NCBI GenBank assembly: GCA_040954595.2
Contig: CM082578.2
Coordinates: 10,609,166 to 10,673,165, forward strand
Direction of reading: 5' to 3'
DNA length: 64,000 nucleotides
Source: Balanoglossus misakiensis
Taxonomy: Eukaryota; Animalia; Hemichordata
Under the pieces are notes generated by a model. It searched no databases. It was not told the DNA's origin and worked only from the letters and a program-made list of their open reading frames with translations. This document shows, in pieces, positions 13,101 to 26,982 of the stretch (position 1 is the stretch's first letter; each line of letters begins with the position of its first letter). The position numbers were made by a program, and so were the translations under genes.

Positions 13101-16100
13101 TGATGATGGTAATGGTAATGATGATGATGACGACTTTAAGTTGTATCAACGGGTTTTTTTCCCCCTGTTTTTTCACTCTTACACTTGAAAATGTCCTGCA
13201 TTTTAAACAAGTTTCAAATTCCCATGTCACCCACCACGACCAGTATTCTTAATTATGTCCTCAAGTGCTTTCACTATCACGTTACTGATATTTACTGTAA
13301 AGAAATGCGCATGAGAAACCGGACACTTTCTTTTATTCATTCGAATATCAATTTATTTCTGGCGCGGTGATTACCTTGATACCTTGGTCGAGTCCACAGC
13401 CGATACACGTGGAACCTGAGATACTTGCTGGCAGACTGTTAACAAGCTGCTGCCGGGCGCCATCGCCGTCAACGAGGACCAACTCCGACAGCGTGACTGC
13501 CCCAGATGAAAACTTCACAATGCCGACGTAGGTGTTGTTAGGTACGGTGTGCAGAATGTACTTGGTGCAGGATTGAATCATAAGTTCAAATCGTGTTGGG
13601 TTCTGTACATTGAAAAAAGAAATCGCATATCGACATGTTCGTACCCGCATATTCTCTTTGTATATGGCGATCTTGTCTTTTTACGAGATCTGACTGGGTG
13701 TATAATATATAGCTTTTACTACCCCAGTCAGTCATGAGTCAGTCAGTCAGTCAGTCAATCAAAAATCAATTTTAAAGTAAAATAGTAAATGAAGGTGACA
13801 TCAATATACATTCAAGGAAATAGTAATGATCGAGATTAAAACTTCAAAGAGAGGTCTGTAAATGTGATTGCGTCACGGCATCCCTCTCCTAAATCATTAT
13901 TTATTAACTTCATTGATAGGTGTGGCACTTTAACCCAGACATAACTACCGATGTGTTGTTTTATTTGTTAACAACGACAAAACCTCAAGTAGACCCACCC
14001 AGAAAAGTACATAGAGAACGGTGGTAAAAAGTTGTATTTCAAGTGGGCAGGGCACCTTTCGGTGATGCTGGTACCGACTTCGTCATCTCAGTGCCAACAG
14101 GTAAACACTTACATGTTCTGACCTTTCTCAACCTTTGGGTAATTTCTATTTGGGGCTGGAGTGGCGATATATATTTTACATTCTAGATGATCATTTCAGT
14201 CAGTCAATCAATCTGTCATTCATTCATTCAGTCAGTCAGTCAGTCATGCAGTCGGTTGATCGATTGATTGATCGATCGATCTATCAACTTGATAATCCGT
14301 TCTCATCGGTACAGGTGTAATAAAATACATGTAGTTTAAACTACAACGCACAGTCTACACTTCCAAACACCACTGGCAAAGGACGTACATTGCCTTATAT
14401 TATCTGAAATTAATGTCAGGAAGAATCAAGGCTGGTTGTTCAAATGTGACGGCCTCATGGGTTCATTTGAATGTGTATGTATGTTACACTTGTATTCTTT
14501 GCAGTCATTAGTAGTCACTTATTCATGTGAACACCATCTATTTGTTAATCTAAATATTATGCAACCACCTGGATGTTTCATTTGACCAATGAACACATTC
14601 AAGCTACCTGATATAAAAGGACCCCATGCATAAATTTAGTCAGTTCACCTCTGTAGGCAAACCGGCAACACACATGAACTGACGATGTCTCTGTTCAATT
14701 TCAGGTTAGTTTTTCTTTCTACTTTACATGTAGTTTGAAGCTTTGTATTTTGGTGCATTGTACTGATTTATTCCTGAACAGTGACTCTGTTCAATTTCAA
14801 TTAGTAAATGTTATATGCCTTGTGAAACCGTTCGGGTGTATTTGCGTTTGGTAAACGGCGACAACCGCGACACAAGTATGCAAGCGAAATGGAGGACTTA
14901 CATTGTCTCCCATGCTCCCGGAAACATCCAGCACCAACACAAGCCGCATAGCCTTTTCCTGAACGACACGGAACGTGGGCGCCGTGTTGTCTACGTCGCG
15001 GGCCGGGTTGCTGCCGTTGATGAAGTCGCCAGTCGTCAGCATCACTTCCCAGGCACTTCGGTAACAGCAGTTTTTGTTCTGTTTGTTTCGCGCCAATCTG
15101 TTGTGTTTGGATTCGGCGGGTTTCGTTGGGTCGTTGTGGCAGAAATCTGCGACCTTTTTTGGGAAAAAAGAAAGTTTCCGAACAAGAGGAGTCAGTCAAT
15201 GAGTAATCTAGTACCACAAGCGCGGTTTATATTTGGATTCGATGAGTTTTATTGTTGGGTCGTTGTGACAGACACGGGAAAAGTAACAAAAATATTTTTG
15301 TTATTTTTGCCGAAAATTGCCGCTGAAGAAATGCAACCTACACAATCTGTTTACCTCAGAAATTCTGACGTCAAATGTGAACTTTTGTGATTCTCTGAGT
15401 CTCATCACTTACCGAATCAAGGTAATTTGCGAACATGTATGATGACCTGCCAATATTGTTGTTCAGATTCGGGAAAAATCGACATCCGGGTCCTGGATAC
15501 ACGCCTGAGCGCGGATTCCGGTTGCAACTCCTGTAGTTGTTGTCCATGTCACGTGATTGCCCATCGATTGCCGCCGAGCATCTCGTCGGCTGCACGTGAC
15601 CATTCTCGTCGTAGTAGAAGTGTTCGTTGTCTTCTTCGGCGTATTCATCAAACAGACCCCATCGAAGATGACCCCATTCGTGAATTACCACTTTGCCTGT
15701 TCATAAGAATTATTGGAATGTGTTTTTAGTTTAGTTTTTGTCTAACGGTTGGTTTAAATATGCCACCTGTCTGACGGATCTATTTGTACCCAAGTTTTAT
15801 TTCAGTGTGAACCGCCTACCTGAGTCACCCCAGTAGTATTCCGCAAAAGCCACGTCGGTCAGCCACTTTGACGTCAGGTGCATGTATTCTCCGGCTTTGC
15901 CGCAAGGCTGGATCTGTTTGACGTAAGGGTTGTCGCCGTACTCCGGGTTGGGTTGATCCACCACGACGTTGGCGATGCAGAACTTCTCCGTGGTGGCGGC
16001 TTCGTCGGTCAGGTTATCGCTCCACGTCCGAGGAATCAGGATGGTGATGTTCCTGAAGTAGGCTCTGGCGTCTGTCGCTCCGTACAGAGAAGAACTGGCG

Positions 16101-17820
16101 TCCGTAAAGACCGTCTGCGCACATTGAGAACGGAAATCATAACTTACAAATTTTATTACATGTACATGAAGTTACATGTACAAATAATATGCTTATCAAG
16201 CTGTCTTCGTGGTGAACGCGATTGTCATCATTGTGCATACGTGTTGTTTGCTCATGCCATGTCGGTTAAACTTTTAAACTGACATATATTCTTGGAACAC
16301 AACTGCCCCGTGCAGCAAAGAGTATATACATTGTAGTCCAGCAATGCATTTATCTTTGGTCATATTTCGATGGAAAAACAGACGGGGCCGTCGCCTGGGG
16401 CGTCACAGCAGTAAGTCATCCACTGATATGTGTTGTCGTGACCTATAGGAGGATGAGAATGCCGAACATTGGTTCGTCGAATTGTTCAAGTCAACAATTC
16501 GGTTGTCGCCATGAGCAACTGCAGATAACAAACAAACATAGCGTGCCAAGGTTCGAATTTCTTGTCAACATACTCCATTACTGCAGAGTCTGTTAACACT
16601 GCAGCGGGGTAGCACAGCTGCGGATTGTATTTTTGTCGTGAAAGTTTTTGTTAAAATGCGTTTATTGGCCTCTCAGAATGTGGCGATGCTGTCAACTATA
16701 TGCATCCGTTGTCTGACAGAATAAAGAAAGGTACTAGCGAACCGAGCGACTTTGATTTTGCTCTGTGATCGATCAACCTTTTCAAGGTTCAAGTTCAGCG
16801 CTTGTTACTTTTTATATACATGTAAAAGATAGATTTAGACGAGACCGAAAATGATGAAACTTCCCAAACCACACACTCATGATTGTTAAAGTATCGCACC
16901 GACGCAAAAAATATACTCGTTCGGACGTGAATACTTCGCGCACTTGTCAACTTTTGTTTAAGGGCCTGCGTGATTTGAACTCATTGCGATTTTTAATTTT
17001 TTAATTTGTGCGAAAACTTGTGCCGATCCTTGACTTCAATTAATGTATTTCCTGGCGAATTGTGGCTTTTGACATCGTGCCCAATGAAATGATAAGTGTA
17101 GCAGAAGTTTGGAGTTATTTTATGTGTAAAGTATGCGCTATGTTCACAAGACAATAAAACAGCGCAGAGCTCCTCCTGTCAACTGTCGACAACTATACCG
17201 ACGCTTATCTCGCTGATATTGTTCTGTGGTCATAAATTTCCATTTCGGATCGCTGGCAAAACGGGCCGCCCGGCTACAGAGGAATCGCAGGCTTGAAAGG
17301 ACGTCGAACTTTTGCACTCAGACTATCAAGTTCAAAATGATCGGTGAAAAACTCGCCGGGAGAATTTGAATCACCCTGCTTTTTAGTGAGATGGCACCCA
17401 AAGTGAAAATAATTGGCCATAGATATTTGATTCTCCCTTGATTCAACCCAGTTCTCAGTGTTCGCTACGAATTTTATAAACAATTTTTATACTCTGAACC
17501 ACGGCAACTTCTTCCAACTTGCCCGGTATTCAAGTTTATTGGCCAATGCCCCAATTAAGTCCGATTTACGACCTTTTTGTTATAGCTGAATGACAATTCA
17601 CATTCTTATAAAGACATATTGTTCTGCAAAACCCGATTTTCAAGAACATTACTCTACAAAAAGTAAAGTGATTGTTTCATTTTGACCATTATTGATTTAC
17701 TTTTCAACTGGCCTAAGTAAAAGACCGATGGCATTTATCATTTTTAGGGAGGGGATACACATAGTATTTGATTTTTTTTCGTGGTCTTACTGATCCTTAT
17801 TTCTGTCTCTGTCTCTCTCT

Positions 17821-17859
<39 letters not shown>

Positions 17860-18036
17860 TCAACCTACCTTAATTCTCTGTATCAAATACGGATCTTCGG
17901 GTATACTCTCATGAATGGCGATCAGCAATCCCGTGTATCCATTGTTGTCAAAGTTAACTGGATTTCTCTGCCCATTGACGACAACCAGCAAAACGATGGC
18001 AATGTGACTGGCGATGCCCAGAAGCTTGCGACTCAT
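10121..18036 (-). CDS. CLCA: CLCA-family protein, paralog B, ~959 aa, with C-terminal TM anchor. Exons 18036-17869, 16114-15820, 15696-15413, 15153-14902, 13602-13375, 12899-12600, 12321-12094, 11831-11558, 11407-11240, 11093-10869, 10578-10121
   Basis: Eleven exons join in frame (2880 nt including stop). Contains a signal peptide, HEWGHLRWGLFDEY, vWA MIDAS (LVLDVSGSM ... LLSDGEE), DNGVGADLSKDDGVYSGYF, FnIII-like LQWTATGDDYDKG, and hydrophobic AWHIALIAVGAVLAVVVIVILMVVAVY before a short tail. Intron 7 uses a GC donor. Confidence 0.95.
13021..13133 (+). repeat. (GAT)/(GGT) low-complexity trinucleotide tract in a CLCA-B intron
   Basis: Read directly. Confidence 0.85.
17802..17860 (+). repeat. 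(TC)n microsatellite in CLCA-B intron 1
   Basis: Read directly. Confidence 0.9.
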
Positions 18037-19706
18037 TTTTTTTTCGGAATGAAAAAAGAACCACAACTGACCTAATCCCCGCAAACAACCACAAAACCAG
18101 TAAAAGCTATGCGTCCCTTTGTGCGGGTTGCCTTCAAATGTCCGTATGCCTTTTGAGAGACAGATTTATTTTTAATCTATAGGTCCGCGTGTTTGATTTA
18201 TGGCATACTAGTATTTGTGGGTAAGGTATATACCAGCGCCTCTTTGACAAATACTTCAGTTTTGACATGACCGTTTTGGTCAAGCCCTTGGTAACAACAT
18301 GTAAATACATTTTTCGAGAGAAATTTTAGTAATCTGAATAATATTCACACTTTCCCCAGATTTCTGTCATGTTAATATTGCCTAAATAAGTCATTTTTGC
18401 ACAAAACTGACGGCGACCCACAACAAAGAACAGTTACATACAGTCAATCCGGTTGATAATGTAATCGCACCGCATATACTCTTGTCGAATTTTGTTGCGA
18501 AGGCGAAAACAACAACAACACAATATACGGCTGCATGACTACCGATGTCGGGCATAGAACCTCGTCGGATTAAAATATTGGCGACATTACCGAGTAACTA
18601 TTTGATCTGAACATGAATATGCACATGTTATACATTTTATAAAGCTCATTTATAATACGATAAACCCACTCATACTTTTTATTGTGCGTGCCCCGGTTAT
18701 ACGGAGGGTTACTTGCACCAAAGTGCACGAGTCCTCTCTTATTATTTACTTTGTTACTAGGCTAAACGTCGTTGTTTTAGAGCAGAATTCATCGTCCACC
18801 AGCAAGCCCATCCGGTGTGCGGCGCTCAACTAAGTGACACTGAGAACTGGGTGCATTTTGGTAACCTTGCTGGACTGATTCCATAGTCTAGGGTGTACTG
18901 TTTTGTACTTTTTTCAGTCTGGTAACGCCGCAAGTTCACAGACTGGTGTGAGGATGACGCGGCGTTAATTCGTGCTAGGAACATGGCAAGGTAGTCTGGC
19001 GTCGTTTCCACACCCAGACATTTGCAACAAAAGGACCAAGCAACATGATGAGAGTGCTTCGTTGTTGGCCTGTTGTCACGGTAAATGTCCACATTGGACG
19101 TGTAAAAGTTGCCCTTCAACGTTGTCATAGGCCCATAAACAAGCATTGCAAATCACACCCACACACCGTGGCAATCGTACGACGCACGTCACAATATGTG
19201 AGTGCACAATATTTCTTGTTGTGTACACATGTCTTTCTGTTTTGTCGAGAGATGACATTCGTGTTTCGTGGTGTTCGAAAATAGAGACCATCGGTTGTAA
19301 CAGGGAAATGATGTCATGCATAAATACCACAACATATACTGTTTGTTTTATTTAATGGCCATAATTTGCGATCCTTAAGATTGATTATTGTCAAAGCCAC
19401 ATAAAAGAAATATGGTTGACTCTGATGTCCCATGTTCAGATAATGTATCAGTTCTCTCGTTTGTGTTCGATATCGATACGACCGTAAATTAGAGAAAGTG
19501 CGCAAAATGCATTCATATCGACATCGTGACTTTCTTCATAATTTTGTGAGTAAGACAACAAAATTCATCGTCATAGGGAAAAGACAATCACGTGCTTAGA
19601 GACAATGCATTGAAAGGTCATATTGAGGTTATTCGTAATATACGTGTTATAATGACTATACAGGGTCTTTTCAAAATATGATACATGTTCTAGCCAGAGA
19701 CATCTT

Positions 19707-22700
19707 TCACGCTTGGACTTTCTCTGGATTGTCTACGCCGCCGCTTTTTCGTGACGACGAATGCCGGCGTCGGTGTTCACTCTTCGCATCATGTGATCTG
19801 CGACGACAGACAAAGTACACAACGGTCACGGCGGCACCGGAAACAGCCAGTACAGCGCCAACAACGATGAGGGAAATGGCCCAAGCTTCCAGTCCACCTT
19901 CCTCCAGAGGCGGTACCAGCGTCTGTTGCGCAACGTTAGAAATCGGGGCAACGTTGCCTCCATCGTCGACTGCCTTGACGGCGAAGTAATAGGTCCTTCC
20001 GGTGCCTCTCACGGGCATGCGTATCACGAACGTCTCGAGGGACTCGGAGGGTCTCGGGTCTGACAGGTTTCCGACGACGACATCCTGGTCGGTTATGACG
20101 GTGGCGTTGTCGAAGTTGTCCAGAATGTCGGAAAATGATGTGCTATAGCGGAGGTCATAGTAGGCAGCTGGAAAGAAAAGGCCGGGGAAAGAAAGAAAGA
20201 AGGAAAAAAGAAAGAAAGAAGAGGACCGTCAACAAGTTGTGGCCACAGTTCGTGACTAAAATATCAACTCTTTTTCATGACCAGTGTGGTTTTGTTTGTA
20301 ACTATGAAGCGTAAGTCAAGTCTTACCAACTCCCTTATCGTAATCATCTCCTGTTGCTGTCCAACGGAGTTCAACGGTCCCGTCTTCGTACGACGCCGCC
20401 ACGGCTTCCAAGTCTGCGATTCGAACCGGCGGCAAGAGGTCGACATCCGGCGCCACATACTGTACGTCATCGCTCACTTGAATGACGCCACCAGAGGTGA
20501 TTCTGGCGAAATCTCCGATTGGTATGGGATCTCTCTTTGGTGGAATTACAGCTGAAAGATAATGATGTTCGTTGTGGTGATGATGGTGGTGGTCATTACG
20601 TGGTAAGATCATCACCATCATCGTCGTCGTCGTCATCATCGTCGTCGTCGTCGAACGCTCTAACTGTTCCCCGAGTGAAATCTAAGAGTGCGCTTTTTTA
20701 CAAAAAGTTATGCTTACAGTAGTCTTTCGGAAGGGCTCCCATTTTGCCAGATACTCTGACAACGGCGTTGCCATCTTTGTCGTCCGCGGTGACTTGCACG
20801 CTGTATCGACAGGCTTCGACGCAAGCAGCACTCACAAAATCTGTGAAGTAGGCGGAATAGACGCCGTCGTCTGCGGATTGGTCAGCACCTGTAGGGAGCC
20901 AGGATACAAAGGAGCATCAAAAATGTGGTAAATAACAATAGCGTCACAATTTATATACATGCCTCAGCTCGTTTGCATACATACCGACGCCATTATCGAG
21001 CAACTGAACCGTCGACGATGGGTTCGGGCTGGGTCGATCCACTGTCGCGAGGACCGTCGCCCCGGTAACGGGCGTGTAGCCCTGGCTCAAGTCTGCATAT
21101 ATAATTGCAACCGGCGGAGACTCGGTGATGAAGTCGCTGCTCAGAGTTGATGTGAGGCGAATCGGTGCCGTGCTTTGGTTGGGAGGTTTGGATTCGATGG
21201 ATATCTCCACAGTTTGCTGTCGGTTCGCTGTATTCGTGATGTTGTAGATCCATCTACCGACCTGAAATAAGACGGCGACTTGTTCTTAAGCAGATAAGTT
21301 GCAAGCGAAGTTTTATGGAGTTGCCAATGTATCCCAAGATTCTCAATCAGACCAAACGAACGTGCTGATCAAGCGAATTACTGTGTAGTGATAAAACGGA
21401 TCACCGAAAGGGAGGAATACGAACTTGATTTTGATATTTTGCAGAATAATCGGGATTTGAATAACCGTCTTCATGGTTACCGTTTATTACTGAACCCGAG
21501 AGGTGACAGTGTGCACAATTTCCAAATTTATCAAGATAAATAGTTAATAAATAAGTTAATTAAATTAAAACCAAAATGTGTGCAAATCAGTGGAGTTTGT
21601 TTTCCGGCTTTGGTGTAAATCTTCGATTGGGCAAATCTGCGTGGTCTATTTTTGTATTGCGGATGTTAGATTGGATAAAGTCAACTGTCGACTTGCCTCC
21701 GCGTTGCCTGGTATTTGAATGATGATAGACTGCGTGGAGGGATCCACCTCATACTCTGGTGACGCGTCGTCGTAGACCGTGCCGTCCGGAGACTCAAGTG
21801 TCACGCTGACTTTGGCCTTTTCCCAGAAGAAGAAAAACGTCGTCTCGGCACCGATGCTCGAGTCAATGACGGTGTAGTTGGTGAATGTTTCGCCCGCTGC
21901 CAAAGAAGGTTTCAGACTGGCGAGCTGCAAGAGAAACCGGACCAAAGCTATACTGAATGTTGAATCAGCTATTCAAGACGTTTCACTTACGAACATGCAC
22001 ACGCATGGCATTGTATACATACAGGTTCGTGATTGTGGAACCAACATTCTGAGTTTATCCCGTCTGTTGAGGTCGCTTCTTCGTAGCAATACATTGAAGT
22101 GGAACGAATGGACGACGCCACCAATAGATGAATATTCAGACTGGAGTATAGTAGCGAGATACCAATATATCTGGATGTTACGTGTGAATGCATAGAGAAT
22201 TTTTCAACAAGGCAAATATCAGTTGTCTATATTAATTATTCAAGACATCCCAGACACGTTCATTACAGTTCCTGCATATATACTACTCCCTCACAGTCAT
22301 GCGTGTGCATGGAGGGACTGCCAAAGAAACTTGCTGCCCACCTGAACCGAGGCGGTGTTGCCACTGCACGTCCTCTCTGTGATGGTGGTCGCAAAGGCGT
22401 CGTTCAGAGCCGTCGAATCGTCGCTTTCGGAGTAGTAGAACGCCAGCCCGTTGGTGACCTGCGACAGCTCGGTGAGTTTTGCATCGGCGTTTTGGCTGAA
22501 CGCCAACGTGTCGACAATCACTTGCTTTTCGATTAACGTGGGCGTGACGTCGTCGATCGTGGGGCTGGTGTTTTCCTCTCCGTCCGTCAGAAGGAACAAT
22601 ATTCCACCGGCTGCAGTGCCGCCAGGCCCATTTTCTAGAACCTGGGACAGACAAATAGTTACGCAAAATATCAAAAGAAAATACGATAGATAATTTAGTG

Positions 22701-25700
22701 AAATTGATATAATGGTATAGGGACTGTTTGGAAGTATTATTGCTATAAGAGGTTGTCTTAGTTTTATTGGCTTACAACCCGTTGCAAAGGTAATTAGCCA
22801 AGTCTCGCGAGATCTCAGCTGCCGAAATCATCTATTTTGAGTACATCTCCATCAACTACCCATGCAAGCATTACCTCGATGCCCTTATTAAGTCCGCAGC
22901 CGATGCACGTGGCTCCGGTTGGAAGCGGGGGCAGACTGTCCACAAGTTGCTGTCGCGCGCCGTCGCCGTCAATGTAGACCAGTTCCGACAGTGTGGTTGC
23001 CGCGCTGGAAAACTCCACAATGCCCACGTAGGTGTTGTTCGGCACCGTGTATAGAATGTATTTGGTGCAGGACTGGATCATGAGTTCATATCTGGTCGGG
23101 TCCTGCAACGAAAGACATATCACAATGTGACTTTGACTATGAAGTAGTATTCGCTTCGAAAATCAGTCTTAACCCTTCTCTCAGATTTGGATTAGGTAAC
23201 TTTAGACTATCTTAAAGGGTCTATGTCATGATCATACACACAACACATTTAATCGCTCTCTGGGTGTTGAAGTGGTCTGTTGTTGTCTAGAATCTCATAT
23301 CAATCCTCATGCTTTGATAATTTGTAAGCAAAAGTGGCGGATGGGCATGTACCCTAAAAAGCCAGTCCAGTTATGGATCACCATGCAACTTTGTCTATAA
23401 TTTGATATTCAAAATGGCCGCCAATCTGAGTTTTGACTCTATGGAGAAAATACAACAGGGGTGTTGTATCTTACGTTGTTGTTATCCATGCTCCCGGACA
23501 CATCCAGCACCAACACGATTCTCAGATCCTGCTCCTGGACAACACGGAACGACGGCGCTGTGTCGTCAACGTCGCGCGCTGTGTTGTTACCGTCGAAGAA
23601 ATCCGGGGTGCCGAGCATCACTTCCCAGGCGCTCCTGTAGCCGCAGTTCTTGTTCTGTTTGTTGCGCGCCAGCCTGTTGTGTCTGGATTCCGCGGGCCTC
23701 GTTGGGTCGTTGTGACAGAAGGCGGTTACCTGGCGGTGAAGATGATGTTATAGTACATACGCCGAACGATCGAGAGGTACAATCACACGGCAACCAAACA
23801 ACAGCAAACAAAATACCATAAAGCGAAACGGGAAAACCCGCATTTCAACTCTGACATTGGTTTTCACTCACCGAGCTGAGGTAGTTGGCGAACAGATACG
23901 ACGACGTTCCGGCGTTGCTGTTGAGATCGGGGAAGAATCGACAGCCGGGATCTGGGTACACGCCCGAAGTTGGATTCTGGTTGCACAGCTGGTAGTTTTT
24001 GTCGATGTCACGTGACTGGCCGGTGACGGCTTCCGAGCACCGTGTCGGCTGCACATGGCCGTTCTCGTCGTAGTAAAAGTGTTCATAATCGTCAATGGCG
24101 TATTCGTCGAAAAGTCCCCACCGAAGATGGCCCCATTCGTGAACTATGACTTTTCCTATGTCAAAGAAATCGCACAGTATTTTGTCAGTATTATTATTGT
24201 CACTGGTGACCATTGCAAACATAAGATTTAAACCACAGAATCGATCATACTTATATACATTAAATAGTCCTCCAAAATGTGAATCCGATTTCTTTGGATT
24301 CGTTTGTATTTTTCCCCTTTTTGAAAACAACATAATACTTGGCTCATATCATATCGATGGTGAGACCTTGTCCAGAAACCTTACCTACAATCCCTCTGCA
24401 ACTAACACGAAATCGACCTGGCAACGGCGCGTTCCGGGCGTTACAAAACATACAAACCGAACAAAAACACGAATTGAAAGTAGTTTCAGCTTTTCCATGT
24501 TACACTCTTCCGCCGTAGATAAAGACTGCAAACGTTACATGTACCTACCCGAATCGCCCCAATAGTACTCCGAATAGGCCACGTCGGTCAGCCATTTTGT
24601 CGTCAGGTGCATGTATTCTCCGGCTTTGCCACAAGGCTGGATCTGTTTGACGTACGGGTTGTCGCCGTACTCCGGATTGGGTTGATCCACCACGACGTTG
24701 GCGATGCAGAACTTCTCCGTAGTGGCGGCTTCGTCGGTCAGGTTATCGCTCCACGTCCGCGGAATCAGGATGGTGATGTTCCTAAAGTAGGCTCTGGCGT
24801 CTGTCGCTCCGTACAGAGAAGAGCTGGCGTCCGTAAATGCCGTCTGTTAAGATAATATATTTGAGCCATTTTATACCATACAAAAAGACAAATTATGTTG
24901 CCAATTCTCCACTTGCTTTCAACTTGTAAGTGGACTCGGACGTCACACCTGGAGATTAACTTCACGACCTTTGACCCGGATTTGAGATTTTCAACTGCCG
25001 TATCGTTTGCATCCAAATTTAATTTGCATGTGTTTCTATGTGTCGTCGCTAGGTATACTATGATAAGGACACTGTTAGGACCCACTTAACATACAAATTA
25101 GCATCAGCCAGATTAGCAGGCAAATACATAATGATGACGTGAACTCGATAGCATCTCTTTTATTATTTCTAAAATACGCATAAAAATCGCGCGTGTTATG
25201 TTTCATGATTGTGCTACAGAGCATCAGCACCGACCCTACATAAAAACACCCTTTTGTATACAATCTCCTGAAGCTGGGGTTTGAGTGGAACCGCACAAAT
25301 ATTGAACCTTTACGTGTGCGTCTCTTCAATTAATTGCGGCTTACGGTGTTTCCAGGTGGCATCAGATGACAGTGTTTGGCCATGGTGCATGTTCGATCGC
25401 ATGCTCCGATAAGATAAAGTACGTGACATAGATTCTCACCACACAGAGGGATTCAGGCTCGTTCCCGAATGCCTTCTCGTTTCTACCATTCCTCCCCACC
25501 TTTTAATATTCCACTACTAAGAGACCTATCCTTGCTGTTCATAATTGGTCACAAGTGCGGGACTGCGACCAAATCTACCTAAAACTAAATAACACTTGTC
25601 CCCCCCCCCCTTTTGATGAAAAAAGAACTTACTTTGATTCTCTCTATCAGATACGGATCTTCGGGTATGCTTTCGTGGATGGCGATCAGCAGTCCGCTGT

Positions 25701-25803
25701 ATTCATTGTTCTCGAAGTAAATAGGATTTCTCTGGCCGTTCACGACAAGCACGGTAAATGCGGCAGCAGTGGCCAACACACGCAACAGCTGTCCAATATA
25801 CAT
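19707..25803 (-). CDS. CLCA: CLCA-family protein, paralog C, ~964 aa, with C-terminal TM anchor. Exons 25803-25633, 24843-24549, 24155-23872, 23729-23475, 23102-22875, 22641-22342, 21924-21697, 21261-20985, 20888-20718, 20551-20327, 20167-19707
   Basis: Eleven exons in frame (2895 nt including stop) with the same intron phases as paralog B. Motifs HEWGHLRWGLFDEY, LVLDVSGSM, LLTDGEE, DDGVYSAYF and WTATGDDYDKG; TM segment AWAISLIVVGAVLAVSGAAVTVVYFVC. Confidence 0.95.
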
Positions 25804-26982
25804 TGCTTATATGCGTCCACAGAAGTCCTCAGGCCAACTGGTAGAACATCGGTAACGATAACACCAAAATCCCTCAGACCATCGGCGCTTTTACCCCAGA
25901 GAAGGCCTGGTTAACTCTGAGGTTTGGCGTGCTAAACATGTTCTTGATAGCTTATTACGGCATATCCAGTAGATTCCTAATCACTTACATCATTTCTACT
26001 GATACGCCCATGCAGGTACTTTGTATATACAAATAGTGTTTTTCCTGCTACCAGGTCGGTTGGTTGGTTGGTTGGTTGGTAACTGTATTCTCTACTACAA
26101 CGGTTAGGGAACAATTCTTACGCTGCGAGGAATGACTAAAGTACCGGCGGCCAATTTTGTTTTCCCGTCCAATCAAAGACCGTGGGGTGGACTTCGGAAG
26201 TCTACCGACCCCCCCCCCCCCACCCCGTCCTGCACATAACACTGAGATTGTCGGTGACGTATTCGACAGATAGATAGATGTCAGTGTGCGGAGCAACGCA
26301 AGAGTCGGACTATGATCTCGGACTGTGTGCAAAAAATGTCAAAGTAGAAAATGGACACCACATTGAGTGTACATGTAGTCATATTGTATGGGTGTAATTT
26401 GCCATTTGAACAGTCATGTTTCACAGTTTCACATCCCAAAGAACGCACAATTTTCTGAAAGATATTTTATTTCATAAGTTTTTAATAATACATTTCAGAA
26501 TCCATAACCTAAAATTGACAAGTCTTATAATTCGAACCATACAATGAGTTTGAAGGCATTCGGATAATATGTGAAGGAATGAAACATCTGAAGTTTATTT
26601 GAGATCCCAAAAGGTTTACAGTCACCTCTCTAATATGCACATATATGGCTAAATGATATTTCTGGGTGTTCTAAAGAACAATGTGCGATGGCCCTTTTTC
26701 AGGGAGGTCATCCACTGAAAATTTGTGATAGGCAACTTTCCATGGTAACTGCGGCTAAATTTACATAGGTGACCGTATACCTTTAAGTTGCCGTTGTTAT
26801 TCACGGCGACTTTTCGGTGAAGATATAGTCTGTTCACAATTTTGAAAAATAGAAATAATTGAATCACGGCCAGAGTCGGTGTTTACCACCTTACATGTAC
26901 ATCAAGTTGCACTTAAGTATAGCGCTCTCTGGACGGCCAGAAGGAAGCTTCTAGGAAATTGGGCTGGTCCAGCGTAAAGCGT

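Noticed and set aside
20554-20650. Poly-His segment in ORF 20316-20639
   Set aside because: It lies upstream of the exon 10 acceptor (20552-20553), in an intronic trinucleotide tract absent from paralog B.
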